Both the position numbers and the translations under genes were made by a program. Of a stretch of 64,000 bases of DNA, positions 1 to 9,945 are shown piece after piece. The notes under the pieces are model-generated. The model was not told the origin of the DNA. It did not search any database and saw only the letters and a program-made list of their open reading frames with translations. Numbering within the stretch: position 1 is the stretch's first letter; each line of letters opens with the position of its first letter. The stretch lies in IMG/VR virus record IMGVR_UViG_3300021399_000139; one strand, given 5' to 3'. The stretch comes from an uncultured virus (IMG/VR IMGVR_UViG_3300021399_000139). Lineage: Duplodnaviria; Heunggongvirae; Uroviricota; Caudoviricetes.

Positions 1-354
1 GGTCGCAGCAAAGACAACGCTCTTCTCAGTTGGAATGACTGGATCACATCTCAAGACAACTCTGTCTTTTCCAAGCAGATTGATGAACTTGCTGTACCCT
101 TCAAGTGAGACATCTGCTTTAGGGACATTTGGCTCGATCTTAGTTCCACCAAAGCCGGTGACTGTGCAGTGGGCAATGATGTTAGGGCAGAAGCTATGCT
201 GATCTGCCATGCTAGTGACTTCAGTGAACAGCTTCAGCGGGTCTTTTGAGATGAGAATAGCTGGGCGTCTCTGCACAAACACCCAGTCTTCCCAAGAAGT
301 GTCAAGCGCTGCATCACCTCGCTCTGTTATTCCTATAAGGTTCTTGTTTTCCAT
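1..354 (-). CDS. DUF1848-like protein, N-terminal part (runs off window)
   Basis: Own translation from ATG 354: MENKNLIGITERGDAA...HCTVTGFGGTKIEPNVP...LGKDRVVLRCDPVIP, matching the DUF1848 pattern T.TG.G..IEPNVP...RV..R.DPI. Confidence 0.6.
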   Translation of the reverse strand, partial: MENKNLIGITERGDAALDTSWEDWVFVQRRPAILISKDPLKLFTEVTSMADQHSFCPNIIAHCTVTGFGGTKIEPNVPKADVSLEGYSKFINLLGKDRVVLRCDPVIPTEKSVVFAAT

Positions 355-368
355 AAATTTTGTTTTTA

Positions 369-1193
369 TTATGGGCAGAACAGCAACGTCATTCCATCTT
401 TGTGCAGCCAGCCGGTAAGCTTGTGCTTGATGTACTCATACTCTCCTGGTCCAACGTCTTTCCGCTCTTCAAATGTCTTCTGCCCTTCAAAGATGAGGTT
501 GCACTTCTCCTGAGCTTCCATCAGGTTGAATGGTGGAGTTATGATGTGAATTCCATGCCGAGTCTTGACTTCATACACTTGGTCTTCAAGCTTTGGCTCT
601 TGCTTGTCTTTTTCTTTCTTCTTGTCTTTTTCTTTCTTCGACTTAGACTTCTTGTTCAACTCTTGGATCTTGCGAAGCTGCTCAATGACAAGTGCTTTCA
701 CTTCTTCAACTGTCCATGTCTTTGTCCAATATGAAGAGCCACCAAAGTTCACTTGCTTCTTGTACTCTACCATCTCTCCTTCATCAAGGTCAAGAATCCA
801 CTGCTTCTTCCTAGTCTTGTGCCACTCACAGTATGACTGCCTTATGAGATGCTCTGGCTTGACAGAGTAGTTCTTGTTCTGGATGGTCTCAAGAATCTTC
901 TGTCCAAGGTTGAGCAAGCACTCAAAGTTGTCTTTTGGCTGGACAATGATGTAAGCACGAGCGTTGTTTGCTCGGCAGAGCTCTTTGATTGCCTCTCTCT
1001 TCCTGTCTAAGTACTCGATAGAGTCGACATAGTATGTCTTTATCAAGCGCTGAGACTCATTTGCTCCAAGTGCATTCTTGTACTCCGGAGTCAAGTCTTT
1101 AGGCCTGCGCAAGATGTGCACAATATACCTGTCCAACTTTGTGTCAACAAAGTCTAAATGCTGCCTAATGATGTCAAAGTTGTCAATTTCCAT
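369..1193 (-). CDS. Phage hypothetical protein, possible AEP/PrimPol-like motifs
   Basis: Long ORF with WILDLD and TRHGIHIIT motifs. Confidence 0.4.
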   Translation of the reverse strand: MEIDNFDIIRQHLDFVDTKLDRYIVHILRRPKDLTPEYKNALGANESQRLIKTYYVDSIEYLDRKREAIKELCRANNARAYIIVQPKDNFECLLNLGQKILETIQNKNYSVKPEHLIRQSYCEWHKTRKKQWILDLDEGEMVEYKKQVNFGGSSYWTKTWTVEEVKALVIEQLRKIQELNKKSKSKKEKDKKKEKDKQEPKLEDQVYEVKTRHGIHIITPPFNLMEAQEKCNLIFEGQKTFEERKDVGPGEYEYIKHKLTGWLHKDGMTLLFCP

Positions 1194-1238
1194 GACTATA
1201 TTGTATTTTCCTTGAAAATATGTGTAAACCAAAGCTTG

Positions 1239-1366
1239 TCAAGCTGCTGTGTGCATTTCATCAATGCACTTGATGACTGACTCATCTTGTATTCCAAACG
1301 GATAGTTCTTCATAGCTTTGACTTCTTCAAGTGTCTTGCCTTTGAATAGCAAGTTTGTCAATTTAT
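1239..1366 (-). pseudogene. 3' part of a BspA-like LRR gene interrupted by the IS
   Basis: KLTNLLFKGKTLEEVKAMKNYPFGI matches the C-terminus of paralog 19519-20244; joins in frame to 2791-3076 when the IS is removed. Confidence 0.85.
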
Positions 1367-2790
1367 AGTTCCTATGCCGAGAAAAGGCAACCTTCTTCAG
1401 AGGTTGCCATGAATCGGCATGAAATATTTTACAAATTTTTCTTAAAATGCTCAGATTTTGCACTTCAAAAGTGTAAATAATTTTAACAAGAAAAATATTT
1501 GAGATTTTCATTAAAAGATGATTTCTCAAGAGTAAATAAAATAGATGACAAAACTGAAAGCATATAAGGTTCGGATATATCCAAACGAGACTTAGAAGGT
1601 ACAACTTGCTAAGACATTTGGATCATGCCGTTTTCTCTACAACTAGATGCTTTCAGAAAGAAAAGAAGCATACGAGTAGTTCAAAAACGACAAAGACAAA
1701 CTGCATTCATACGCCTACAAGACAGAGAAGCAATACAAGTCAGAATTTGAGTTTTTAAGAGAAGTTGAGTCTACATGTCTGCAACAGTCCAGAATAGACT
1801 TGAATGCTGCATATGCTAACTTCTTCAGAAGAGTGAAGAATCCAAAGATTAAAGAAAAAGGATTTCCAAACTTCAAAAGAAAAAACGCTAAGAACTCATT
1901 CAGAGTCCAGTGTGTCAACTCAAACATAAAAGTTGACTTCAAAAGAAAGAAGGTAAAGCTGCCAAAAATAGGCTGGATCAACTGCCATGATCCAAGAATT
2001 ATAGAAAAACTGAACATTCATTCTGCTACTGTTTCCAAGACTACAACAGACAAATACTACGTCTCAATATTGTATGATGTTGAGATTCCAGAGCCAAAGC
2101 AATTAGATCTGAAAGCCAAAGACCTGAAAGTAAAAGGCTTGGATATGTCATTGACGAACTTCTTTGTCGATGATGAAGGTCATAGTCCTATGTATGACAG
2201 AAACTACAGGAAGTTCGAGAAGAGAATCCAAGACATCCAGAAAAGACTTAGTTCTGAAACTAAGAAATGCAAGAAGGCAAAGCTGAGAAAACGATTATCG
2301 AAAGTCCATGAGCATATCGCAAACAAAAGACATGACTTCATAGAGAAGTTGTCTTGCAAGCTAGTTCATGAAAATGATGTCATAGTCGTTGAGACACTGT
2401 CTTTGAAAGACATTGCCAAGTTCAGGACTTGGGAAGAAAGAAAGAACTCATCAGACAAGTCAAACCACGGAAAGTCAACATACGACCTTGGTTGGGGGAT
2501 TTTCTTGAACAGACTGAAGACAAAAGCGGAAGAGAATGGAAAAATGATAATAGAAGCAGACAAATGGTTTGCTTCATCCAAGACATGCAATCATTGTGGA
2601 TATGTCAACAAAGATCTAGCAATAGAAGACAGAGAATGGACATGTCCTAAATGCGGTTCTAAGATGATGAGAGACATGAATGCAGCTTAGAACTTGAAAT
2701 ACCTTGGACTAAGATTTCTTGCCGAAGGAAGTTCGGTCAATGCTGCCGAAAGGCGGAATGGCAATCATCTTCAGTGATTGCCTGCTTCAA
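1367..2790 (+). mobile_element. IS200/IS605-family tnpB-only (IS1341-like) element
   Basis: Preceded by TTTAT (1362-1366), ends in TTCAA; related subterminal hairpins GGCAACCT-TCTTCAG-AGGTTGCC (left) and GGCAATCA-TCTTCAG-TGATTGCC (right); precise removal restores the interrupted ORF. Confidence 0.9.
1545..2777 (+). CDS. tnpB: TnpB RNA-guided nuclease, 410 aa with TAG=Gln
   Basis: MTKLKAYKVRIYPNET*KVQLAKTFGSCRFLYN*ML; RuvC residues GLDMS, VVETL, RDMNAA*NL; zinc finger CNHC...CPKC; TAGs at 1593, 1644, 1677, 2688. Confidence 0.93.
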
Positions 2791-3076
2791 TGCACCTTCT
2801 GAATACCCAACCTCCAATGCTTGTCACGCTATTTGGAATCACTATCTTCTTGATGTCTTTTGAAACTATGTCTTCAGTCAATGCAGTTATTGCTGAAACG
2901 TCTTTTTCTTTTCCATTGACACTAAACAGATGACAGCTCCCATCATCAGTGACAACAAAGTAGTCATTTGAGTCTGCTAGCTTCTTTCCACCAGCATTCT
3001 TCAAGACATGCTCTTCATTGCCAACATGCAGCGCAAGCAAGACTTTGATCTCATATATGTCCATGTGCTCCTCCAC
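2791..3076 (-). pseudogene. 5' part of the IS-interrupted BspA-like LRR gene
   Basis: IVIPNSVTSIGGWVFRRC repeat unit; paralog of 19519-20244. Confidence 0.85.
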
Positions 3077-3088
3077 ACGTCAGATCAA

Positions 3089-3661
3089 CTACAGCAGTTT
3101 AAGGTCTTTTTCAATTAGAATCTGCTCAATTGTCTCATTTGGACGAAAAATCTTAATGCTGTTGCCGTGTACAGTAGAAACATCAATGCAGTCGCTGCAG
3201 TTTTCCATATAAGACACCAACCGTTTTTTCCCATCAACTGGAATGTCAAGCATGTTCAATTTAGCATATCCATTGTATTTGCTGAACTGCTCTAGTCTTG
3301 AGTATTCAAACCTGAACTTGTCCCATTTTTTCCCTATCTTAGCTAGTATGCTCATGCCGCCAAAGTACAGCGAGTCTTCAGTATGGCAGTTGAATAAGCA
3401 TACTCTCTGTAGATCGCTGGAGTAAAACCCTAGCCTATACTGCTGTTGGTCAAACAATTGTAGATCGCTGGAGTAAAACCCTAGCCTATACTGCTGGTCA
3501 AACAATACTGAATGAAAGTTAGACTTTGACAAGATGAAGCTGTTTTTTATGTCTAGAAATTGGTCTTGTCTTTTGCCTAAGCCAATGCAGAGCCGCCAAG
3601 CAAATGCATCAACCATCTTGTCAAACTGGCAGTCAACAGTTGTATATGTCTTTTTATCCAT
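3089..3661 (-). CDS. Hypothetical, C-terminal E..I..DL family
   Basis: Ends ETIEQILIEKDLKLL-TAG; contains an internal tandem duplication. Confidence 0.75.
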   Translation of the reverse strand: MDKKTYTTVDCQFDKMVDAFAWRLCIGLGKRQDQFLDIKNSFILSKSNFHSVLFDQQYRLGFYSSDLQLFDQQQYRLGFYSSDLQRVCLFNCHTEDSLYFGGMSILAKIGKKWDKFRFEYSRLEQFSKYNGYAKLNMLDIPVDGKKRLVSYMENCSDCIDVSTVHGNSIKIFRPNETIEQILIEKDLKLL

Positions 3662-4019
3662 GCACTAGATCTACATGTATTGCAAATTGTTCAAATGTTG
3701 CATAACCAACATCTACTATTTTCACCCATTTTGTTAACTTTCTGTTTAGCATCAGATATATAGCATATTTTTTGCTGCTCATCAGCAGAAACAAATCTAG
3801 AATGCACTCTATACTATTTTTTCCAAGACAACTGAGTAATATTGTTGGATGTGTAGATGTACCATAAGCAACGTTTAGCAACTGATTTGGCTTCTGCTTG
3901 CTTGTCCACATTAAAAATGAATAATCGTCTACTATGAACCTAGATATCCCATAGCTTGCCATCAATCTATGCATTACATAGATTTTCTGCTGTGGTAAAC
4001 TGCTTGAGTCATTCTGCAT
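3654..4019 (-). CDS. Hypothetical, DL-tag family
   Basis: Ends TFEQFAIHVDLVHG; overlaps the next start. Confidence 0.7.
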   Translation of the reverse strand: MQNDSSSLPQQKIYVMHRLMASYGISRFIVDDYSFLMWTSKQKPNQLLNVAYGTSTHPTILLSCLGKNSIECILDLFLLMSSKKYAIYLMLNRKLTKWVKIVDVGYATFEQFAIHVDLVHG

Positions 4020-4051
4020 ACACGCTATAGCACTTTAAAGCTATTAGTGCC

Positions 4052-4300
4052 TTATTTTCTACGTCTACGCTGAGCTTTTCGCATCTTCTTGGCATTTTTT
4101 GCTGCAACTGTGCGCTTCTTAGCAACATTCTTCTTGTGGTTCAAAGCACACTTTACACGAGCTACATATGCTCTACGCATTGCCTCAACAGCACATGTGA
4201 CTTTGTCTGCATATTCAATAGGAATACTGTCATCTACTGTGCTTGGCATAGATGTGCTATCTATGACTTCTACTTTGTCTGATGGTGAAATCTCTTCCAT
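4052..4300 (-). CDS. Small basic hypothetical protein
   Basis: ORF with upstream purine-rich RBS. Confidence 0.6.
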   Translation of the reverse strand: MEEISPSDKVEVIDSTSMPSTVDDSIPIEYADKVTCAVEAMRRAYVARVKCALNHKKNVAKKRTVAAKNAKKMRKAQRRRRK

Positions 4301-4441
4301 ATTAAACTTTCTTTGCTCTCTATTTCAATATTATTCTACAGCATAGTCTCTATTTTTAAACTCATAGACTAAGGAAAACAACTATTGAAGACAATTTGCA
4401 TTTTTGGTGTAAATAAGTTTAAGAAGAAAGGTAGGTAGGCT

Positions 4442-5131
4442 ATGGCAAGAAGAGCAAGACATTCATCTCTCACTAGACGTGATCTATTGAAGAACATCAT
4501 AGTTGGTGCAGCTACTGGCATTGCTGCCAAAGCATCTATAGGCAACGCAGCTAATGGTGCATTCTATTGGCAGAAGTACACTTTAGCATTGACCATCTAT
4601 GTTCCAAGAGTATACAGCAACTCGTAGTCTCTTGGATATAGAAAGTACCAAAGGCAGCGCATAGTAGGGAAGATGGCAATTGGCTTTGGACAAGACAACA
4701 ACATCATTGACATTTAGTTTTACAATTTGACTAACACTACACACAAATTATAGACTGGACAGCATGTAACATACAAAGGGACTATAGATGAACTAGCACG
4801 TCTTCCTTAGTTCAATGCTATTGGCAACAACAAAACAAACAAATTCAAGACAGCATCAATCTGCTTCTCTCTTGCCGCAGAGCCATCATACAACATTGGT
4901 GAATTTGATGAAGACACATCTCTGTATGTCACATTGGCTGGAAAAGGGACAATCAGCAGCTCAGGTAGAATAAAGACTGCAAGAGGCTATGCTGCTGGCA
5001 CGATTGGCTGTGGCTGTAGAGCATATGGCCACACATCGCCAACTAGAAAAATTGGACGGTATGGTGCAACAAGTGAAGTGACTGACATTGCTTCAGTATA
5101 TGGCACATGGACACTGAGGCAAGACACGTAA
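4442..5131 (+). CDS. 229 aa TAG-recoded protein with twin-arginine-like signal peptide
   Basis: Four in-frame TAGs join track ORFs 4442-4627 and 4934-5131; N-terminus SLTRRDLLKNIIVGAATGIAAKA; GTAAATA at 4409. Confidence 0.8.
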
Positions 5132-5314
5132 TAGCATATTTCTAACAGACTGCTCCCTATGGTGTAGATGCATTGAAAAGGAGATCTCTAGAAGACAATT
5201 GTGTGTATTGCACTCTAGTGTAGATGTAGGGTTCATCGAGACATCTTTGAAGACACAGCCAAACAGCATATCCTCAAACGGCTCCATCTTCCCTGCCTCC
5301 TTCTTAGCCATCTA

Positions 5315-5662
5315 CTAGCATGTCATACTAAAATCAGCTTTGATCGCAGCTGCTTCTGGTGTAAGATGGTAGAATGGATTCACCAGCTTGATCCAGCCAT
5401 CTCTAAGTGGATGGTCTATGCTATGGGCACGGCAGATGTGGATGTTCTTGCTATGGAGAATGTGGTAGAGAAGATCCTCATATGACAAGAATGTGATCAT
5501 CCTAAGATGCCCTGGACTAGAGAGCTCAACATTTGATGCTTGATCTGCATCTTCTCTCAAGCTATTCAATGCCAAGTGGCTACCACAGAAGCTAAAGACT
5601 TTGAGATTGAGAGCATGTGCAATCTTCTGCACTATGTCTGCTGCTGGGCTGTTGTCTATCAT
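5315..5662 (-). CDS. Hypothetical, DL-tag family
   Basis: Ends NPFYHLTPEAAAIKADF; paralog of 5671-6081. Confidence 0.75.
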   Translation of the reverse strand: MIDNSPAADIVQKIAHALNLKVFSFCGSHLALNSLREDADQASNVELSSPGHLRMITFLSYEDLLYHILHSKNIHICRAHSIDHPLRDGWIKLVNPFYHLTPEAAAIKADFSMTC

Positions 5663-5670
5663 GCTTTTCT

Positions 5671-6081
5671 CTATCTTTCTCCTTCTAAGTCAGCTTTGAT
5701 CGCTGCTGCTTCTTTACTGAGACCATAGAATGGGTTGGCAATCTTGCGGACACAGAAACTACCACCAAGACCTTCTTTGATTGGAATGAAGACTGCTTCA
5801 CTGTGCAAAAGGGTGTACAGTAGCTTGTCTATAGAGAAAAATATGTTCAACCTAAGGTGGAGGTCACCATACAACTCAACCAAGCGGCTTCTGTCTATGT
5901 TTTCATCTGTGCACCAGCTCTTCAGTGTGTACCAACCATACAGTGGGTCAAGCTCTACAGACATCTCAAGTGCATGCGTGATCTTGTAGACTATATGCAA
6001 GTCTTGAGACTCATCTTCATTGCTGTTTGCCATATTGCTTTTCTTCATGATTGTATGTAAAGTGTTGAAGCTGGCAATCAC
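5671..6081 (-). CDS. Hypothetical, DL-tag family (true start probably about 6048)
   Basis: Ends NPFYGLSKEAAAIKADL. Confidence 0.75.
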   Translation of the reverse strand: MIASFNTLHTIMKKSNMANSNEDESQDLHIVYKITHALEMSVELDPLYGWYTLKSWCTDENIDRSRLVELYGDLHLRLNIFFSIDKLLYTLLHSEAVFIPIKEGLGGSFCVRKIANPFYGLSKEAAAIKADLEGER

Positions 6082-6103
6082 TGAAGATGATTGCCAGCTT
6101 CAA
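6065..6103. repeat. Palindromic solo copy of the IS right end
   Basis: Minus strand GGCAATCATCTTCAGTGATTGCCAGCTTCAA vs IS end GGCAATCATCTTCAGTGATTGCCTGCTTCAA. Confidence 0.8.
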
Positions 6104-6125
6104 CTAGTTTATGTTTTTGAATACA

Positions 6126-6653
6126 TTATGCCGCCAAGTCTGCTTTTACTAGCAGCTCTTCTAGAGAGCTGACATCTAGAATTGTGTGGTCTAGACTATA
6201 GTCTTCTACTATGACTATACCAGTGTCAGAGCAATTCCACTGCTTGAACATGCTGACAACTCCATTAGCTATGTAGCGCTTTGCTCTGAGCATCTTACTG
6301 CACTTAGTGTCTAGTTCACGACATATGTTTGGGCGATGATAGTGGATAGTGCCAAAGCAAGATCTAGGCAATGCAATTGCATCTTCTCCAAGTATATTGA
6401 CCCGAAGCTGTGTGAGCAGCCTATCCATAGTTGACTGCTTTGGCCCTATCCACAGAGTACGTGGCAGCTCTTCAGAAGACAGCAGTGACCCTAAGACTGC
6501 GAAACTTGGCCAAACATTGAAGTCAACATCAATGTCATCCATTGACAGCAGATGCAGTTTGTCATACCGTCCAAAAACTAAGTTGAACACTTTGTCTAGA
6601 GTCATGTTGTCCATTGTCTTGTCTTCTATGCAGTCAAGCACAGCATGTGCCAT
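6126..6653 (-). CDS. Hypothetical, DL-tag family
   Basis: Ends DVSSLEELLVKADLAA. Confidence 0.75.
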   Translation of the reverse strand: MAHAVLDCIEDKTMDNMTLDKVFNLVFGRYDKLHLLSMDDIDVDFNVWPSFAVLGSLLSSEELPRTLWIGPKQSTMDRLLTQLRVNILGEDAIALPRSCFGTIHYHRPNICRELDTKCSKMLRAKRYIANGVVSMFKQWNCSDTGIVIVEDYSLDHTILDVSSLEELLVKADLAA

Positions 6654-6984
6654 CTCTCAACAAGTCTAGCTTTATCTTCAGCTCTTCTCTGCTCTGGGCC
6701 GGGCATGGCAGATCAACTTTTCCACTTCGCCATCTTTCAAGAAGACTCTCTAGAGCTTCTCTCTTTGTGCCACCAAGCCCTGCGCAGAGAACAGCAGATA
6801 TGTAGCTGTCTGCTGGTCTTATGATCTCATATGTGAAGCTTGTGCCAAATGAATGAAATGGCCTACTCCATAGTCGAAGCTGCACCTTGTCACGGCATGC
6901 ATCTACAACAAGGTCAAGCATGCTCTCAATCTCTCTTCTCAATCCACATCCCATCTCAGCACCTCTTATTTTGCCTATTGACAT
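6634..6984 (-). CDS. Hypothetical, DL-tag family
   Basis: SREELKIKLDL near the C-terminus. Confidence 0.7.
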   Translation of the reverse strand: MSIGKIRGAEMGCGLRREIESMLDLVVDACRDKVQLRLWSRPFHSFGTSFTYEIIRPADSYISAVLCAGLGGTKREALESLLERWRSGKVDLPCPAQSREELKIKLDLLRDGTCCA

Positions 6985-7486
6985 CCAAGAGTTTTTGCTC
7001 TAAGAGTTTTTGCAATGCAACTCGCAAGACTTTGTCTCCCTCAGCTAGTCGCCTGCTAGCATACTCTCTATACGTCTCACCATCTTTCTTTGCGCAGATG
7101 CACACATTTCCTATGAATCCTAGAAGTGCCATCCGCAGTGACACATCAATGTTATGGGCCAAGCACCGAGCTCCAGTGAGGTCAAGAGCTATCTTGTCTT
7201 CAATGACAGCAACTATGCCAACTATTCCACTGATGTTGAATGGAGAGTCAATCTTCAAGTCAAGGATGTCTGCAGCTAGCTTGACAGCAGTGCGCAGAGC
7301 TTTTGCATTTGCTTTTGCAAACTCACTAGCATTGAATGACTCTGGATCAAGATCATACTTGACAATCCATGCGTAGCAGTCAAACTTTTCATCTAAGACA
7401 TCAACAACTGCTTCTAGATGCTGCTCTTCTTCTAGACTACTGCTATTGCTTTGAGCATCTCTAAATATGTGAACTACTACTTTCAT
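6956..7486 (-). CDS. Hypothetical protein
   Basis: 176 aa ORF within the operon. Confidence 0.7.
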   Translation of the reverse strand: MKVVVHIFRDAQSNSSSLEEEQHLEAVVDVLDEKFDCYAWIVKYDLDPESFNASEFAKANAKALRTAVKLAADILDLKIDSPFNISGIVGIVAVIEDKIALDLTGARCLAHNIDVSLRMALLGFIGNVCICAKKDGETYREYASRRLAEGDKVLRVALQKLLEQKLLDVNRQNKRC

Positions 7487-7540
7487 GGCTCACAACATCT
7501 TTCTTTTCTTCTTCTCGTCTCTTCTTGTTTGCACTGCTAG

Positions 7541-7933
7541 TCAGCCAAGCAAGTCAAGCTTTATCTGCACTTCTTCCTTGCTCCTACATCCAAAGAGAGG
7601 GTTGCTAGTCCACCTAATGTCCGTGTCTTTTTCTCCATTCAAAGGCCAGTCATCTGATAGCCGTTCTTCTTTTGTCTCCATCCCAATCTCTCTGCTGTCA
7701 ACTAGCTTACCAAGAATGCTGCTCCAAGATGATGAGAAGGCAGGTAGTCCTTCAAAGAAGACATCACACTTCCCATCTGCAGTCTCTATGAGCATTCCCC
7801 AAAGCTCATGGACAATTTGAAAGCCTAAGACCACTAAAGCTCTCTGGACTAGCTGTCTTGCTTGCCACTCAGATCCAGCAACACTCTTTCCTAGCTTATC
7901 TGAGCTACTCATGTCTGTCTTCCATCTTTTCAT
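7541..7933 (-). CDS. Hypothetical, DL-tag family
   Basis: Ends NPLFGCRSKEEVQIKLDLLG. Confidence 0.75.
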   Translation of the reverse strand: MKRWKTDMSSSDKLGKSVAGSEWQARQLVQRALVVLGFQIVHELWGMLIETADGKCDVFFEGLPAFSSSWSSILGKLVDSREIGMETKEERLSDDWPLNGEKDTDIRWTSNPLFGCRSKEEVQIKLDLLG

Positions 7934-7951
7934 GTCTGTCTTCCATCTTTG

Positions 7952-8326
7952 TCATCCACACAGCAAGTCTGCTTCGACTAAGGCTCTCTCAATGCTGTCT
8001 CTAGAGTCAAACACAGTCTTTCGACCTATGCTAAAGCTCTTTCCTTCTCTAGCACCAGTTTCTAGAGTTCTAGCAAGATCTATCCATGACTTAGCATGCA
8101 CTTCTTTAAGATCTTCTGCCCAACGCAGCCAGCAGCAGCTTTCTTTGCAGACATTGTCTTCGTATACCACCGCCATCAAGCAACGAGTTGCAGGCGCCCG
8201 CGTATCTGTGAACCGCATCTCAACTTTCTCTGCTCCTAGTCTTCTCTCAAACAACAGCTTCAAAGCCTTCTTCAATGACCGCCAACTAGCTCTAGCAAAA
8301 TTCTTTTTGTCTTTAGCTTCTTTCAT
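7952..8326 (-). CDS. Hypothetical, DL-tag family
   Basis: Ends DSIERALVEADLLCG. Confidence 0.7.
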   Translation of the reverse strand: MKEAKDKKNFARASWRSLKKALKLLFERRLGAEKVEMRFTDTRAPATRCLMAVVYEDNVCKESCCWLRWAEDLKEVHAKSWIDLARTLETGAREGKSFSIGRKTVFDSRDSIERALVEADLLCG

Positions 8327-8389
8327 ACTGATACCGTGCTAAGTCTTAGTCTTTAGATTCTATTCTACAAAAACCTTAGAGATCTTAAA

Positions 8390-8941
8390 CTATGCCTGTA
8401 CTGTGCATGTCAAGTCTATGCCAACCAAGAACTCTTCTATAGATGAGACATCAACCAATGCCATGTCACCAAGACACACCTTGAAGCTGCCATGTGCAGC
8501 TGCAGTGCCATAGACAGCTTCTACAGCGCTGTAGACAACTTTTCCAATGGCTGCCTTCAGCAGTCTTCTTCTTTGTCTATGGCTTGTCAGTCTCAAAAGT
8601 CTTCTTGTGCTTCTATATTTGAGTCTCTGCAGAGTCTCTAGGTCAATTTTGACAATTAGCAGTGAGCGGCATCTAGGCTCAACAGAGTCATCTTGTTGTT
8701 CTCTACAATACTCTAAAAACACAATAGACTGCTCTAAAAGCACAGTAGATTGGGATAAACTGCTGCACACACAGAAGCTGATGTCATCTGGTGACAAAGA
8801 CAATGCCTTCAAGCAGACATCTTCGCTCAATGCTCTAAAGACATAGTCATATACTTTCTCAAAGAAGTCTATGCTTTCTAGTCTACTTTCTAGTCTATTA
8901 GTCTTCAAGATCTGCACCCTTCCCATCTCTCTTCTCTTCAA
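8390..8941 (-). CDS. Hypothetical, DL-tag family
   Basis: Ends DVSSIEEFLVGIDL; resembles 6126-6653. Confidence 0.7.
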   Translation of the reverse strand: MKRREMGRVQILKTNRLESRLESIDFFEKVYDYVFRALSEDVCLKALSLSPDDISFCVCSSLSQSTVLLEQSIVFLEYCREQQDDSVEPRCRSLLIVKIDLETLQRLKYRSTRRLLRLTSHRQRRRLLKAAIGKVVYSAVEAVYGTAAAHGSFKVCLGDMALVDVSSIEEFLVGIDLTCTVQA

Positions 8942-9293
8942 GCAAGTCTAGCTTCAATGCAACCTCTTCTAGACACTGCCATCTAAAAAATGGATTCTCA
9001 ACAGTCTTTCTAGAATGCATATACTCTAGAGTCTTAGCTTCTTTCAACATCTGCAGTAGACAGTGACTAGCCATTTGCCTAGCCGAAGTAGAAGCCTTGG
9101 TGTCTTCTGCTGCCACATACAAAGAAATGCCATTTCCAAAAGCGTCATATGGAATTACTAAGTCACGTGCCGTATCATCTATTAAAACAAATTGGTTCAT
9201 GACTCTCATATCTAGCATAAGTATGCCAAAGAAGTCTAGAACTCTGTCAATCAATTTGTCGCAGTCAATGTCTACCATAGAAGTCTTATGCAT
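8898..9293 (-). CDS. Hypothetical, DL-tag family
   Basis: NPFFRWQCLEEVALKLDL. Confidence 0.75.
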   Translation of the reverse strand: MHKTSMVDIDCDKLIDRVLDFFGILMLDMRVMNQFVLIDDTARDLVIPYDAFGNGISLYVAAEDTKASTSARQMASHCLLQMLKEAKTLEYMHSRKTVENPFFRWQCLEEVALKLDLLEEKRDGKGADLED

Positions 9294-9548
9294 ACTAAAT
9301 CCATAGATGACATTCTAGGCTTTATTTAGCATGCATTTAACAAGTAAATTCTATCATGATGATTTGAAAATTAAACATTTAGACCACAAATCTAGAAACT
9401 AATTGTCTATATATTCTAGCAGCTATCTAGATCATCGTACACTATAATGCACCTAATTTACCCAGCCATTTGCTAGATGACTTCTAGAGTAATCGCACAT
9501 ACTATCTTAAAGGTCCATTAGTCCAAGCACCGTCTCACCTAAAGTGCC

Positions 9549-9917
9549 CTAGCGTTTTTTCTGCAAATCATATTCAACCATCATCTGCTCAAAAGACGTG
9601 TCATCAAACAGTCTCATGTTCAAAGGATGCATATAGACTTTCTCGCCGCACAGTCTGTCTATCGTACTTCTCCAAGATGTCTTGAACAAGCCATAGACTT
9701 CCACAGTGCTTTTATTGTCAAATGCCATGCACAGCGTGTTCTCATGCCAAATCTTGGGAATGGAGCCATTGAGTCTGACCAATATCTCTCTGTTCTTTCC
9801 AATCTCCACATGGCATTCTGTAGTCTCATAGAAACGTACTCTGTCCTGCACCCTTTCCATGATGTATCTCTCTAGAGCCTTCTTCACATCTGTGTCTTCT
9901 CTTGCGCCGAGTGCCAC
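9549..9917 (-). CDS. Hypothetical, DL-tag family
   Basis: Ends TSFEQMMVEYDLQKKR. Confidence 0.65.
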   Translation of the reverse strand: MALGAREDTDVKKALERYIMERVQDRVRFYETTECHVEIGKNREILVRLNGSIPKIWHENTLCMAFDNKSTVEVYGLFKTSWRSTIDRLCGEKVYMHPLNMRLFDDTSFEQMMVEYDLQKKR

Positions 9918-9945
9918 GTCTTCTACTCTCCCGCTTCTCTTCTTT

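Noticed and set aside
1367..2790. IStron (self-splicing IS)
   Set aside because: The element is antisense to the interrupted gene and the left end is too short for a group I intron.
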